Made by a program: the position numbers and the translations under genes. Source: Bacteroidales bacterium (GTDB lineage: Bacteria > Bacteroidota > Bacteroidia > Bacteroidales > FEN-979). From it: DNA of 64,000 nt. The stretch spans positions 2,268 through 66,267 of the forward strand of contig JADGPR010000008.1 in assembly GCA_017882335.1 (NCBI GenBank), in the 5' to 3' direction. Each line of letters begins with the position of its first letter. Within the stretch, counting starts at the first letter, position 1. Under the pieces are notes generated by a model. It saw only the letters and a program-made list of their open reading frames with translations, made no database searches and had not been told where the DNA came from. Of the stretch, positions 29,401-38,507 are shown one piece after another.

Positions 29401-30999
29401 CTGGCATTGAATAACCTGAACCTGAAAATGGTTGCACCCTTTGTTGCAAGTTTCATGTCAAGGCTCAGTGGTTTGGTTTCAGGAGATGTCACGATCACGG
29501 GTTCCCCGGATAGACCAAAGCTGGCCGGAAAGCTCAACCTGATGCGTACGGAATTCAAGATCAATTACCTGAACATACCTTACTCAGTGGTGGATGTAGT
29601 TACCGTTGACAGCACCGCTTTCACTTTTAACCATGTTACCATTTATGATTCACTGGGGCATAAGGCCTATCTCAGCGGAAAGATCTATCATAATTATTTT
29701 CATAGGCTTGAACTTGATCTGTCGATTGATCCCGATGATTTTTCCATATTCCGTAATACCTATGTGCAGAATAATATCTTTTACGGAACGGCGAGAGCAA
29801 CAGGAAATGTCAGGATCACCGGGCCGACAGATAATATTTCGATCAATGCCAGAGCCAAGACAGGTGGCGGAACCCATGTATACATCCCGATCAGTTCTGC
29901 CGCTGATGTGGGCCAGAACGACTACATCATTTTCACAAAACACTGGAACGACTCGACCCGGAAAGAGGAACTTTTTCCCAATTCCACTCCAAAGGGTCTT
30001 TCCCTGGGGCTCGCCATCTTGGTCAATCCTTCTGCTGATGTGGAAGTCTCATTGCCCAACCAGATGGGAAATATAAAAGCCACAGGATCAGGAAACCTGA
30101 CCATGGGCATGACACCCACAACAGGATTTTCACTTTCTGGTTCCTATACGATCCTGAAAGGATCTTTTCATTTCCAGATGAAGAACCTGATACCGCTGAG
30201 TTTTTCCATTGAGAATGGAAGCAGAATAACCTGGTCGGGCGACCCCGCCAATGCCAATATCAGCATGAGCGCCATCTACAAAACGAGGATTCCCCTTGGG
30301 GATCTGGCCAGCGAAGAAGACAAGTTCCAGCGGATCCCGGTTGAATGCATTATCAGGCTTTCAGGCCAACTCACGAATCCGGCTATCTCTTTCGGGCTGA
30401 ACCTCCCGAATGCTGATGAGAAGGTAAAATCAATAGTTTATGGTGCTATCGATACGGTCAATTCTGCAGAAATGACCCAGCAGATTTTCAGTATACTGGT
30501 TCTGGGTCAGTTTAGATCCTACAAGGGAAATTCAATGGGAGGCATCGATGTAGGCTCCACATCCTTGTCAATCATTATGAGTCAGTTCAATTCCCTGCTT
30601 TCAAAGTGGTCGAAAGATGTAGACATCGGGGTAAATTACCGTCGTTCCTCATACACTCCCGGGCAGGAGATCGACCTTGCCGTTTCCACTCAGCTATTTA
30701 ATGAGCGGCTTCTGATCGATGGTCTTTTCGGGGTGAATTCACTAAACCCCACTTCTACCGTTCAGAATACAAGTACAATCGTGGGCGATATTAAACTTGA
30801 ATACATCCTGACCAATAACAGGAGATGGAGGACCCGGGCGTTTAACCGCACCAATACGATAGGCCTGCTGGATAATAATGCGCTCTATACTCAGGGAGTT
30901 GGCCTTTCTTACCAACGGGATTTCAGCTATTGGCATGAATTTTTTAAAAGTGATAAAAGTATAAGAAATAAAAAACCGGCAAAAATAAAATCAAAATAA
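26500..30999 (+). CDS. tamB: Translocation/assembly module TamB (AsmA-like, DUF490); start uncertain
   Basis: About 1500 aa; N-terminal TM anchor plus PWVQT; beta-taco repeats; C-terminal YTQGVGLSYQRDF; divergent from tsaD. Confidence 0.85.
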   Translation: MDELFTDSKYKITIKRVTKILIYILVVLISFITTSYLVLRDPWVQTLSARIASHYLSVHLHTEIRIGGFDLSFGRGLTMEDIVIRDQHQVELFSAHKLSIIPGKFSLSKKILNFRKVFIDKGLIQLLTHKGDTVLNLQFIIDYFTPKATLKPPDTIGPKWHLSITALQLSSTRFHLQDENKPLVTLGMDYSNIDVRNINFLITGFHPDGDTLIARIERLSATERSGFSVHSMSGDFQVSPAFLKAHNLKLVTNHSELDLTFDFLYDRWNDYTDFLNKVRIRASINPSYLDLQDIGAFAPVMYVMKDRFKMEGKIKGTVSNFNAKDFRCAYGTETRFWGNIHAYGLPNVEETFVDLNIKDFVTNKEDIHSLNLPIADKNLDLPAFLKNAGTYNLKGNFTGFYNDFVANARLRTDIGDLKTDLTLRKHKGVKGLFYTGEADITSLQLGKLFKSNELLGPISLRADLNGSGFTLEDAIVTMNVWIDSVSLNKYTYRHITIQGGLEDKKFNGRMNVDDHNLRLDFNGLVDMGDSLPAFNFDLMLNHAQLFAMNLVKRDSLEDLSAHVKVDFTGNNIDNIEGTIHIDSTRYCEGHDTIRMNHLSLLTSRDAKNNKSYHLLSDFVDADISGNFYFSDMIPSLTSFITNYIASFELNDSLIDHHPSTNQQINYVVKLKKTDPIMKVFVPFLRMAPNTNFEGYYNENEGMIALTGSSPDISLFGKHFAGWFIKATSRQENLNIQTGCSRFYIFRGEKLDSALIMMDSLHLVSNLHHDSIFYDISWNMEKIQSDLGGFVNLKNSPVIQVKLTRFHTYIDHHYWTVAKENEVIIDSSTILFRDVAFESGEQKLQVDGKISSLPEDTLRLNFNKVDISDLDYFLANPQINVDGILSGSLKLMNIPHSLTVLSDLSIDSLAFNKEQLGDAKFNVFYDDKAERFDVDSRIYYTGNAGTNIPLSLKGSYYLGKPEPHMNFNLALNNLNLKMVAPFVASFMSRLSGLVSGDVTITGSPDRPKLAGKLNLMRTEFKINYLNIPYSVVDVVTVDSTAFTFNHVTIYDSLGHKAYLSGKIYHNYFHRLELDLSIDPDDFSIFRNTYVQNNIFYGTARATGNVRITGPTDNISINARAKTGGGTHVYIPISSAADVGQNDYIIFTKHWNDSTRKEELFPNSTPKGLSLGLAILVNPSADVEVSLPNQMGNIKATGSGNLTMGMTPTTGFSLSGSYTILKGSFHFQMKNLIPLSFSIENGSRITWSGDPANANISMSAIYKTRIPLGDLASEEDKFQRIPVECIIRLSGQLTNPAISFGLNLPNADEKVKSIVYGAIDTVNSAEMTQQIFSILVLGQFRSYKGNSMGGIDVGSTSLSIIMSQFNSLLSKWSKDVDIGVNYRRSSYTPGQEIDLAVSTQLFNERLLIDGLFGVNSLNPTSTVQNTSTIVGDIKLEYILTNNRRWRTRAFNRTNTIGLLDNNALYTQGVGLSYQRDFSYWHEFFKSDKSIRNKKPAKIKSK

Positions 31000-31080
31000 T
31001 TATGCCGGGGATGCAATCAACTGAAACCTTACCCTGCAACTGACGAAGAGGTAAGGAGAAGGAATAAAATCGAAATCGTT

Positions 31081-34000
31081 TTGTCGTTCACGGTCTACAA
31101 ATCATCTGCAGGTTCAGGTAAGACTTTCACGCTGGTGAAGGAATACCTCCGATTGATATTGCCTGAACCGGATCAGTTCCGGCATATCCTGGCCATCACA
31201 TTTACGAATAAGGCAGCCAATGAGATGAAGGAACGTGTCCTCGGCAGCCTGAAGGAATTGGCCGGTAAGCCGGACGAAAGAAGCGATTCTACCATCAAAA
31301 ACCTGCTGCCTGCGCTGATCAGAGAAACCGAACTCACGGAGGCAGAAATTCAAAGGAAAGCCGGTGAGGCATTACGGCTGATCCTGCACGACTATTCGGA
31401 CTTTACCATTGGGACCATCGACAGCTTTTCACACCGGATCATCCGGACCTTCGCACATGATTTTGGGTTACCAGTGAACTTTAGTGTTGATGTCGACAGT
31501 GATGAATTATTGACCACCGCTGTAGATCTTTTGATCGATAAGGTAGGCGCGGATGAAGGGCTGACGAACCTGCTGGTCAGGTTTATTGAGAACAGGATGG
31601 ATGATGAACAGGATTGGAACATTGACCGCATCCTGTTGAATTTTGCGAGGATTCTGCTGGATGAAGAAGGGAATCAGCAGCTTGTAAAATTAAAGGATCT
31701 GACACTGGATGATTTTTCCAGGATCGCTACCAGCTTGAAAAAACAAACGAGGGTTTTTGAGCAGAATATCAGCTCCCTTGCCGGTAAAGCTACGACGTTA
31801 ATAAATTCTTCGAACTTGCCGGCTACTTCGTTTTTCCAAGGAAGATCCGGCATATCGCGTTACTTCGGGAAGCTGTCGAATGGCGACCTGGATTCCATTG
31901 AGCCAAACACCTATGTGAGAAAAACCATCGATGAGGACAAATGGACCAGCGGGAGTGCAAGCGCATCTGAGAAGGACGCGATCCAATCTCTCAAGCCTGA
32001 ACTGACTGCAATTTATGAGAAGATCCATTATAACTACGAGGAAGGGAAAAACCTGTATCATCTTTCGCTGGCTGTCCTGAAAACCCTTTTCCCGATGGCG
32101 GTCCTGAATGTGATCGGGCAACTGCTCGACGGGTTTAAGAAGCAAAATAATATTGTCCACATATCTGAATTCAACCAGCGTATTTCGCGGTTCATCCTGC
32201 ATGAGCCGGTTCCCTTCATCTACGAGCGGCTGGGTGAAAAATTCAACCATATCCTGATCGATGAATTCCAGGATACCTCCATCCTTCAATGGCACAATCT
32301 GCTCCCACTGGTGGAAAACTCACTCTCCAACGGGTATTTCAACCTCGTGGTAGGAGACGGGAAGCAGGCCATTTACCGCTGGAGAAATGGCGATGTAAGA
32401 CAGTTTGCAGATCTTCCGGCCATTCCCGGAAGTGGGTTGAACCGGTCACTTCATGAAAGTGAAAAGATTTTGACAGATCATTTCAAAAATGAATTGCTTG
32501 ATACGAATTTCAGGTCAAAAAAGGAGATCGTTGAATTTAATAACACATTCTTCTCCCGGCTAAAGACATTGTTAACACCATATAACCAGCTGGTCTACGA
32601 CAGCCTTGAACAAAAAGCAAAGACAGGTTCTGACGGTGGCTACGTCCGCATTGAATTTACCGACCGTGAAATGAAAGGTGCGCAATTCCGCGAATACATG
32701 GGAACACGCATCCTGGAAACCATCCGTGAACAGGAAGCAGCAGGTTACCGAAAACAGAATATCGCCATTCTTTGTAGGAGAAATAAAGAAGGAAGTGAGA
32801 TCGCCCGTTTCCTCCTGGGCCATGGTATCGACGTGATCTCCGCTGAATCACTGATGCTCATGCACTCGCCTGAAGTCAACTTCCTGACAGGGTTTGTCCG
32901 TTTGTTGTATGGCTCGAACAATGTTATCCTGATTGCCGAATTGATTACCTACCTGTATGGCAAAGGAAAACTTCCGGCTCCCGGACTTCATGAATTGCTG
33001 GTAAGGATCCCCGCAAAACCCGGAAAGGATTTTATCTTCCGGCTTTTAAAGGAAAATAATATCCTAGTTTATCCCGACAGGCTGAGGACGCGGCCTGTAT
33101 ACGATGCCATTGAGGAACTTATACGCGTGTTCTACCCGGGCGCCAACGCCGACCCTTACCTCCAATTCTTTCTGGATACCGTTCTGAAATATTCAAGGAA
33201 ACATTCTTCCAGTGCAGTGGATCTCCTTGAATGGTGGGATGAACACAAGGATTCGTTTTCCATCATCATGCCCGATGGTATGAATGCGGTTCGCATCATG
33301 AGCATGCACAAAGCCAAGGGACTGCAGTTCCCGGTGGTGATCCTTCCGTTTTTTGGGGAAAAGAAAATGCTAACCAAAAGATTCCTCTGGGTGGATCTTC
33401 CGAAAGCAGGATTCCATGGGCTTCCGGCAGCTATGCTTGAAACCGGAGGATCCATAGGTAAAACGGAATTCAGCGAAAGATCAGCGGAGGAAAAAGATAA
33501 AACCTTGCTGGATTCCATCAACCTGCTCTATGTTGCGATGACACGCCCGGAAGAAAGATTGTTCGTATTTTCTCCAGCTCCACCGGCCAAACCTGCAGCC
33601 ATAGATACTGTGCCGACATTCTTTTTTTACTACCTGCAACAATCGGATTTGTGGTCGGACGAAAAAGGAGTTTATGAATTTGGAACGGCTTCTCCGCATA
33701 AAGCGATGGAGAATGACAAAACGATTTTCAAAAGGTCATTGTCGTCCATGATCAGCAGCGACTGGCGCAAAAAAGTGCTGATCCGGACCAGCGCACCCGA
33801 ATCCTGGGACATCGCTGATCCTCAGAAAAACTTCCAGTGGGGAAACCTGGTTCATACCGCTTTTTCGAGGATCCTGAGAGCAGGAGATGAGGAAAATGTG
33901 CTCCTGAAGATGAACGATGAAGGGATGATCGATCGAAAGCAAATGGAGCAATTGCTTTCAAAGATCCGTATATTACTTGCTGATCCATTGATCCGCCCGT

Positions 34001-34254
34001 TTTTTCTTCAGGACAATAAAATCCGGGTCGAAGCTGAGATCCTGCGTGAAAGCGGGCATGTTTACAGGCCCGACCGGGTTATCATCCGGGAGAAAGAGGC
34101 GATTGTACTGGATTTTAAAACTGGGAAACCTAAAGAAGAGCAGGAAAAACAGATCGGACTTTATGGCAAATTGCTGAATGAACTGGGCTATCCAAATGTG
34201 AAGAAATATCTTGTATTTATTGAACCGGAGATAAATGTTGTTGAAGTTGAATGA
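31081..34254 (+). CDS. UvrD/AddA-like helicase-nuclease
   Basis: SSAGSGKT, AITFTNKAANEMKER, IDEFQDTS, VGDGKQAIYRWR, HKAKGLQF, YVAMTR; C-terminal PD-(D/E)xK nuclease RPDR..DFKTG. Confidence 0.92.
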   Translation: MSFTVYKSSAGSGKTFTLVKEYLRLILPEPDQFRHILAITFTNKAANEMKERVLGSLKELAGKPDERSDSTIKNLLPALIRETELTEAEIQRKAGEALRLILHDYSDFTIGTIDSFSHRIIRTFAHDFGLPVNFSVDVDSDELLTTAVDLLIDKVGADEGLTNLLVRFIENRMDDEQDWNIDRILLNFARILLDEEGNQQLVKLKDLTLDDFSRIATSLKKQTRVFEQNISSLAGKATTLINSSNLPATSFFQGRSGISRYFGKLSNGDLDSIEPNTYVRKTIDEDKWTSGSASASEKDAIQSLKPELTAIYEKIHYNYEEGKNLYHLSLAVLKTLFPMAVLNVIGQLLDGFKKQNNIVHISEFNQRISRFILHEPVPFIYERLGEKFNHILIDEFQDTSILQWHNLLPLVENSLSNGYFNLVVGDGKQAIYRWRNGDVRQFADLPAIPGSGLNRSLHESEKILTDHFKNELLDTNFRSKKEIVEFNNTFFSRLKTLLTPYNQLVYDSLEQKAKTGSDGGYVRIEFTDREMKGAQFREYMGTRILETIREQEAAGYRKQNIAILCRRNKEGSEIARFLLGHGIDVISAESLMLMHSPEVNFLTGFVRLLYGSNNVILIAELITYLYGKGKLPAPGLHELLVRIPAKPGKDFIFRLLKENNILVYPDRLRTRPVYDAIEELIRVFYPGANADPYLQFFLDTVLKYSRKHSSSAVDLLEWWDEHKDSFSIIMPDGMNAVRIMSMHKAKGLQFPVVILPFFGEKKMLTKRFLWVDLPKAGFHGLPAAMLETGGSIGKTEFSERSAEEKDKTLLDSINLLYVAMTRPEERLFVFSPAPPAKPAAIDTVPTFFFYYLQQSDLWSDEKGVYEFGTASPHKAMENDKTIFKRSLSSMISSDWRKKVLIRTSAPESWDIADPQKNFQWGNLVHTAFSRILRAGDEENVLLKMNDEGMIDRKQMEQLLSKIRILLADPLIRPFFLQDNKIRVEAEILRESGHVYRPDRVIIREKEAIVLDFKTGKPKEEQEKQIGLYGKLLNELGYPNVKKYLVFIEPEINVVEVE

Positions 34255-35699
34255 AAAATGAAGAAAGCATAATGAAAAATGAAGAATTGAAAATAGTGGA
34301 GTTGTATCATTCCTGGGCGGGAATTGAGCCGGAAAGCATAACGTTTCTTCCCGGTTCCGGTTCTTACCGGAAGTATTACCGTTTGGAAGGGAAACGAAAT
34401 TCTGTGATCGGGGTATTTAATGAAGACCAGAAAGAAAATGATGCCTTCATCTCCTTCTCACAAAAATTCCACAAGCATAAGTTGCCGGTTCCTTTGGTAT
34501 ACTCAACGGATTCATCCGGACAGTTCTACCTGCTCAGCGATCTGGGCGATCTGACTTTATTCAGTTACCTTTCCGGGAACCGCTCCGGAGCTGAAGACTT
34601 CCCTGAAGAAATGATCGGCATATACCGGAAAGTGATCGGCTTCTTGCCCTTATTTCAGGTGGTCGCAGGAAAGGAAATAGATTATTCAAGATGTTATCCC
34701 CGGCAGAAGTTCGACATTCAGTCGATGATGTGGGACCTGAATTATTTTAAATACTATTTCCTGAAGTTGGCGAAGGTCCCGTTTGACGAACAGAAACTTG
34801 AGGATGATTTTCAAACCCTGGTACAATTCCTTCTGGGCGCTGGCGCTGATCATTTTATGTACCGTGATTTTCAATCGAGGAATATCATGCTGGTAAAAGG
34901 AGAACCATGGTTCATTGATTACCAGGGTGGCAGGAAAGGTCCATTGCAGTATGATATCGCTTCCTTGTTGTACGATGCAAAAGCATCAATCCCTGAACCT
35001 GTAAGAGAACTTTTATTGGACTATTATCTGGATGTTTTGGAGAACTATTTTCCCGTCGACCGGAAATCCTTTCGTAAATATTATTCAGGGTTTGTCCTGA
35101 TCCGCATCCTCCAGGCCTTGGGAGCCTATGGTTTCCGCGGATTTTATGAAAATAAGCCCCATTTCCTGAAAAGCATACCTTTTGCCATAGCGAATTTGCA
35201 GAATTTATTGGACACAAAGTCCCTTCCTGTGCCCTTGCCAATGCTCAGAGAAGTTTTGGAGAAGCTTATCGTAAACCCGTCATTTCGTTCTTACAATGAA
35301 ACGAGCAACCAGCTGACGGTTAAAGTCTCAAGTTTTTCGTATAAAACAGGGATCCCAGCCGATGACAGTGGAAACGGAGGCGGATTCGTATTTGATTGCC
35401 GCGCTTTGCCTAATCCCGGCAGGTTTGAGGAATACCGTTCGTTCACAGGAAATGATCAGGTTGTTATTGCTTTCCTGGAAAAGGAACCGGAGGTCGGGGA
35501 GTTCCTGAACCATGCCTGTTCATTGGTGGATCAGAGCATCAGAAGGTACATTGAACGGGGATTTACCGGGCTAACCGTCAGTTTCGGTTGTACCGGCGGC
35601 CAGCATCGCTCGGTCTATTGCGCCTGTGAACTGGCCAAACACATACGTTCAAAGTTTGGAGTAACAATCGACCTTCACCATACGGAGTTGAATAAATAA
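34251..35699 (+). CDS. AmgK-like aminosugar phosphotransferase fused to a RapZ C-terminal domain
   Basis: GSYRKYYR, LSDLGD, YRDFQSRNIM, IDYQG, YDIASLL; then SFSYK.GIP..FVFDCRALPNP and GCTGGQHRSV (RapZ-CTD). Confidence 0.85.
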   Translation: MKNEESIMKNEELKIVELYHSWAGIEPESITFLPGSGSYRKYYRLEGKRNSVIGVFNEDQKENDAFISFSQKFHKHKLPVPLVYSTDSSGQFYLLSDLGDLTLFSYLSGNRSGAEDFPEEMIGIYRKVIGFLPLFQVVAGKEIDYSRCYPRQKFDIQSMMWDLNYFKYYFLKLAKVPFDEQKLEDDFQTLVQFLLGAGADHFMYRDFQSRNIMLVKGEPWFIDYQGGRKGPLQYDIASLLYDAKASIPEPVRELLLDYYLDVLENYFPVDRKSFRKYYSGFVLIRILQALGAYGFRGFYENKPHFLKSIPFAIANLQNLLDTKSLPVPLPMLREVLEKLIVNPSFRSYNETSNQLTVKVSSFSYKTGIPADDSGNGGGFVFDCRALPNPGRFEEYRSFTGNDQVVIAFLEKEPEVGEFLNHACSLVDQSIRRYIERGFTGLTVSFGCTGGQHRSVYCACELAKHIRSKFGVTIDLHHTELNK

Positions 35700-35711
35700 T
35701 CTATTGAAGAC

Positions 35712-36437
35712 GTGAACCCGAAACAAACTATTCCAACCAAAGCGATGATACTTGCCGCCGGCTTGGGAACACGGCTACGGCCCATTACCAATACCATGCC
35801 GAAAGCCCTGGTTAAGATTGGTGGCCGTACCCTGCTTGAAGGCGCTATCCGTCATCTTTCGGATTATGGAGTGAAGGAGATCGTAATAAATGTTCACCAT
35901 TTCGCAGACCAGGTCATTCAGTATCTAAATCAGAACAGAAATTTCGGTTTGAATATTATCATCTCCGATGAAAGGGATCAACTGCTCGATACCGGTGGCG
36001 GGTTAACAAAAGTTTCCTGGTTCTTTACCGGTGGAAAGCCCTTTTTTGTCCGGAATGTGGATATCGTCTCCGACCTGGATCTTCACAACATGATGGAACA
36101 ACACCTGAAATCGCGTGCACTCGCAACGCTGGCAGTCCGGAACAGGAAGACCTCCCGCTATTTTCTTTTTGATCTGGATCATCGCCTTTGCGGTTGGACG
36201 AACCTGAAGACAGGGGAGAATATCCTGTCTATTGAATCTAAAATGAATCTGGAAATGCTCGCCTTCAGTGGCATCCAGGTCCTCAGCCCGGAAATTTTTA
36301 CCCTGATCACCGAAGAAGGAAAATTTTCCCTTACCAGCCTCTATCTTCGTTTGGCAAAAGATCACTTTATTAAGGGATTCCGGGATAGAGGGTCTATTTG
36401 GAGAGATGTTGGGAAATCAATTGGAGAAATTGATTAA
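35712..36437 (+). CDS. Nucleotidyltransferase, probably MurU (MurNAc-1-P uridylyltransferase)
   Basis: AMILAAGLGTRLRP.T..PKAL, LLDTGGG, WRDVG; directly downstream of the AmgK-like kinase. Confidence 0.8.
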   Translation: MNPKQTIPTKAMILAAGLGTRLRPITNTMPKALVKIGGRTLLEGAIRHLSDYGVKEIVINVHHFADQVIQYLNQNRNFGLNIIISDERDQLLDTGGGLTKVSWFFTGGKPFFVRNVDIVSDLDLHNMMEQHLKSRALATLAVRNRKTSRYFLFDLDHRLCGWTNLKTGENILSIESKMNLEMLAFSGIQVLSPEIFTLITEEGKFSLTSLYLRLAKDHFIKGFRDRGSIWRDVGKSIGEID

Positions 36438-36467
36438 AATTAAAGTTTCTTAATTCGTACTATCCTT

Positions 36468-37268
36468 TTATCCTCCAATATTATGAAATAAGTTGTGATT
36501 GTTGATCTTCCCTTTTTCCGGTTTTGTAGTTATCGCGCTGAGCATGGCTTCCCGGATCCCCAGATCACGGATGCTGTATTCGAGATTGGCGAACAGGCAG
36601 GGTTTGATCATTCCGTTTGCTGTTAACCTCAATCGGTTACAGTTTCTGCAGTTCCCTCCGTCACCGCCTTCCACCAGCGTAAAACAGCCGGTATCAAGAT
36701 CCATTTCGTGAATAAACCTGACTTCAAGGCCATTTTGCCGGCAAAAGTTCCCGACTTCAATTGCATCAGGTTCAAGGGAAGAATTTTTAACAACACAATT
36801 TATCTTGATGGGTAAAATACCGGCTTCTTTCGCAGCATGAATCCCGGAAAAGACTTTTTCCAGTTCACCACCACGTGTGATCTGCCGGTATTTCTCAGGA
36901 TTGATGGTATCAAGGCTGATGTTCACCCTATGAAGCCCGGCTCTTGAAAGATCTGAAGCAAATTGATCAAGAAGGATCCCGTTCGTAGTCATGCCAAAGT
37001 CGGTGATCCCTTTTAGTTGAGCGATCATTTCCACGAAGCCGACCACGCCTTTTCTCACAAGCGGTTCGCCTCCCGTGATCCTCACCTTGGTGATCCCAAG
37101 ACGGATCCCTTCACGGATCACCTCAAGAATTTCTTCATACGAGATGATCTCCGAATGATCCATCAACCGGATGCCTTCTTCGGGCATGCAGTATACGCAC
37201 CTCAGATTGCACCGGTCTGTAATAGAGACCCTGAGATAGCTGATGGAACGGTTAAATGGATCGAACAT
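36468..37268 (-). CDS. moaA: GTP 3',8-cyclase MoaA (short form)
   Basis: YLRVSITDRCNLRCVYC, TGGEPL, CRNCNRLRLTANG.IKPC, C-terminal IGG. Confidence 0.9.
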   Translation of the reverse strand: MFDPFNRSISYLRVSITDRCNLRCVYCMPEEGIRLMDHSEIISYEEILEVIREGIRLGITKVRITGGEPLVRKGVVGFVEMIAQLKGITDFGMTTNGILLDQFASDLSRAGLHRVNISLDTINPEKYRQITRGGELEKVFSGIHAAKEAGILPIKINCVVKNSSLEPDAIEVGNFCRQNGLEVRFIHEMDLDTGCFTLVEGGDGGNCRNCNRLRLTANGMIKPCLFANLEYSIRDLGIREAMLSAITTKPEKGKINNHNLFHNIGG

Positions 37269-38424
37269 CTGCAATTTCTCCTTTTACCAATTCTGTTTTT
37301 CCGATTTCGATCGTGATAATCCCGTGAGCCTGTGTATAGGCATTGATGTGTGCCGAACCATGATATTCCACCGGGAAAACCAACCCGTTTTCAATTCTGA
37401 CGGGGATCAGAGATTTCCGTTCGGATTTTTCTCTTTTAAAGTTTGTTCCTAAAGGCAAATGAAGCATCTCCGGTTCTTCCAGGCATCCCATCATCCTGAG
37501 CAGGAAAGGTTTTACAAGGACTTCGAAAAGCACAAATGACGAAACAGGGTTTCCCGGCAATCCGAAAATAAATTGATTTCCCCGTTTCCCGAAAACGGTA
37601 GGCCTGCCGGGCTGGATGGCAACACTTTTAAAGAGGATATCAATATTCAATTTTTCCATTGCCTTCGGAACATAATCAAAATCACCCATTGAAACACCCC
37701 CGGTAAGGAGAACTACATCATTACGGTCGAGTGAATCTGACAACTTAACCGACAAGGCAATCTCATTGTCGGCAGCAATCCCTCCGTATTGAGGATGAGC
37801 GCCTGCAGTGGAAACCTGTGCGATTAACTGGTAAGCATTGGTATTCCTTATTTTTGAAGGTGAGGGGAGATGTTGCGGCTCCACCAGTTCATCTCCGGTT
37901 GACAGGATTCCAACATGAATCTGTTTTGATACCTTCGGATTAACAGCTCCTGTAATAGCCAGTACTGAAATGTGTTGGGGCTTTATAAGAATTCCTTTCG
38001 AGAGGACCTTATCGCCTGCTTTTATGTCTTCACCCTGGTAACAGATGTTCAGGGATTCCAGTCTTTTGGTTGTTCGCATCATCCCATTATCCAGGATCTG
38101 TGTGTCTTCAACCATTACCACACAATCCGATCCTTCCGGGAGCATGGCTCCGGTCATAATCCGGGAACATTTTCCTTTGCTGATCGTGAATTCAGGGGTT
38201 TTCCCTGCCGGAATGGTTTCGATTATCTCAAGGTCATGGTCAATATCTGCCATCCTGCCGGCAAACCCATCTACTGCGGATTTATTAAAAGGAGGAATAT
38301 CGATATCGGATAAGATATCTTCCGCAAGAATTCGGCCAAGGCTATCCATGATGTTAACCCGTTCTGATGGGAAAACGGTAACATGATTCATTACGATCCG
38401 GTAAGCTTCCTCAAAGGAAATCAT
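37252..38424 (-). CDS. moeA: Molybdopterin metal insertase MoeA
   Basis: PPFNKSAVDG, RIMTGA, STGDEL, TGGVSMGDFD, PGRP, GLPGNPVS. Confidence 0.93.
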   Translation of the reverse strand: MISFEEAYRIVMNHVTVFPSERVNIMDSLGRILAEDILSDIDIPPFNKSAVDGFAGRMADIDHDLEIIETIPAGKTPEFTISKGKCSRIMTGAMLPEGSDCVVMVEDTQILDNGMMRTTKRLESLNICYQGEDIKAGDKVLSKGILIKPQHISVLAITGAVNPKVSKQIHVGILSTGDELVEPQHLPSPSKIRNTNAYQLIAQVSTAGAHPQYGGIAADNEIALSVKLSDSLDRNDVVLLTGGVSMGDFDYVPKAMEKLNIDILFKSVAIQPGRPTVFGKRGNQFIFGLPGNPVSSFVLFEVLVKPFLLRMMGCLEEPEMLHLPLGTNFKREKSERKSLIPVRIENGLVFPVEYHGSAHINAYTQAHGIITIEIGKTELVKGEIADVRSI

Positions 38425-38449
38425 ATTAAATTATGAATTATGAATTATA

Positions 38450-38491
38450 ACTTCTGACTTCTGACTTCTGACTTCTGACTTCTGACTTCTG
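38450..38491. repeat. Perfect heptamer array (ACTTCTG)6 in the moeA leader
   Basis: Read directly; lies between a TAACTTTG promoter (38496-38503, minus strand) and the moeA start. Confidence 0.92.
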
Positions 38492-38507
38492 ATTACAAAG
38501 TTACGAT

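Noticed and set aside
31040-31076. Hammerhead-like CTGACGA..GAAA (also CTGATGA at 53670)
   Set aside because: No stem II or stem III pairing can be formed around the core.
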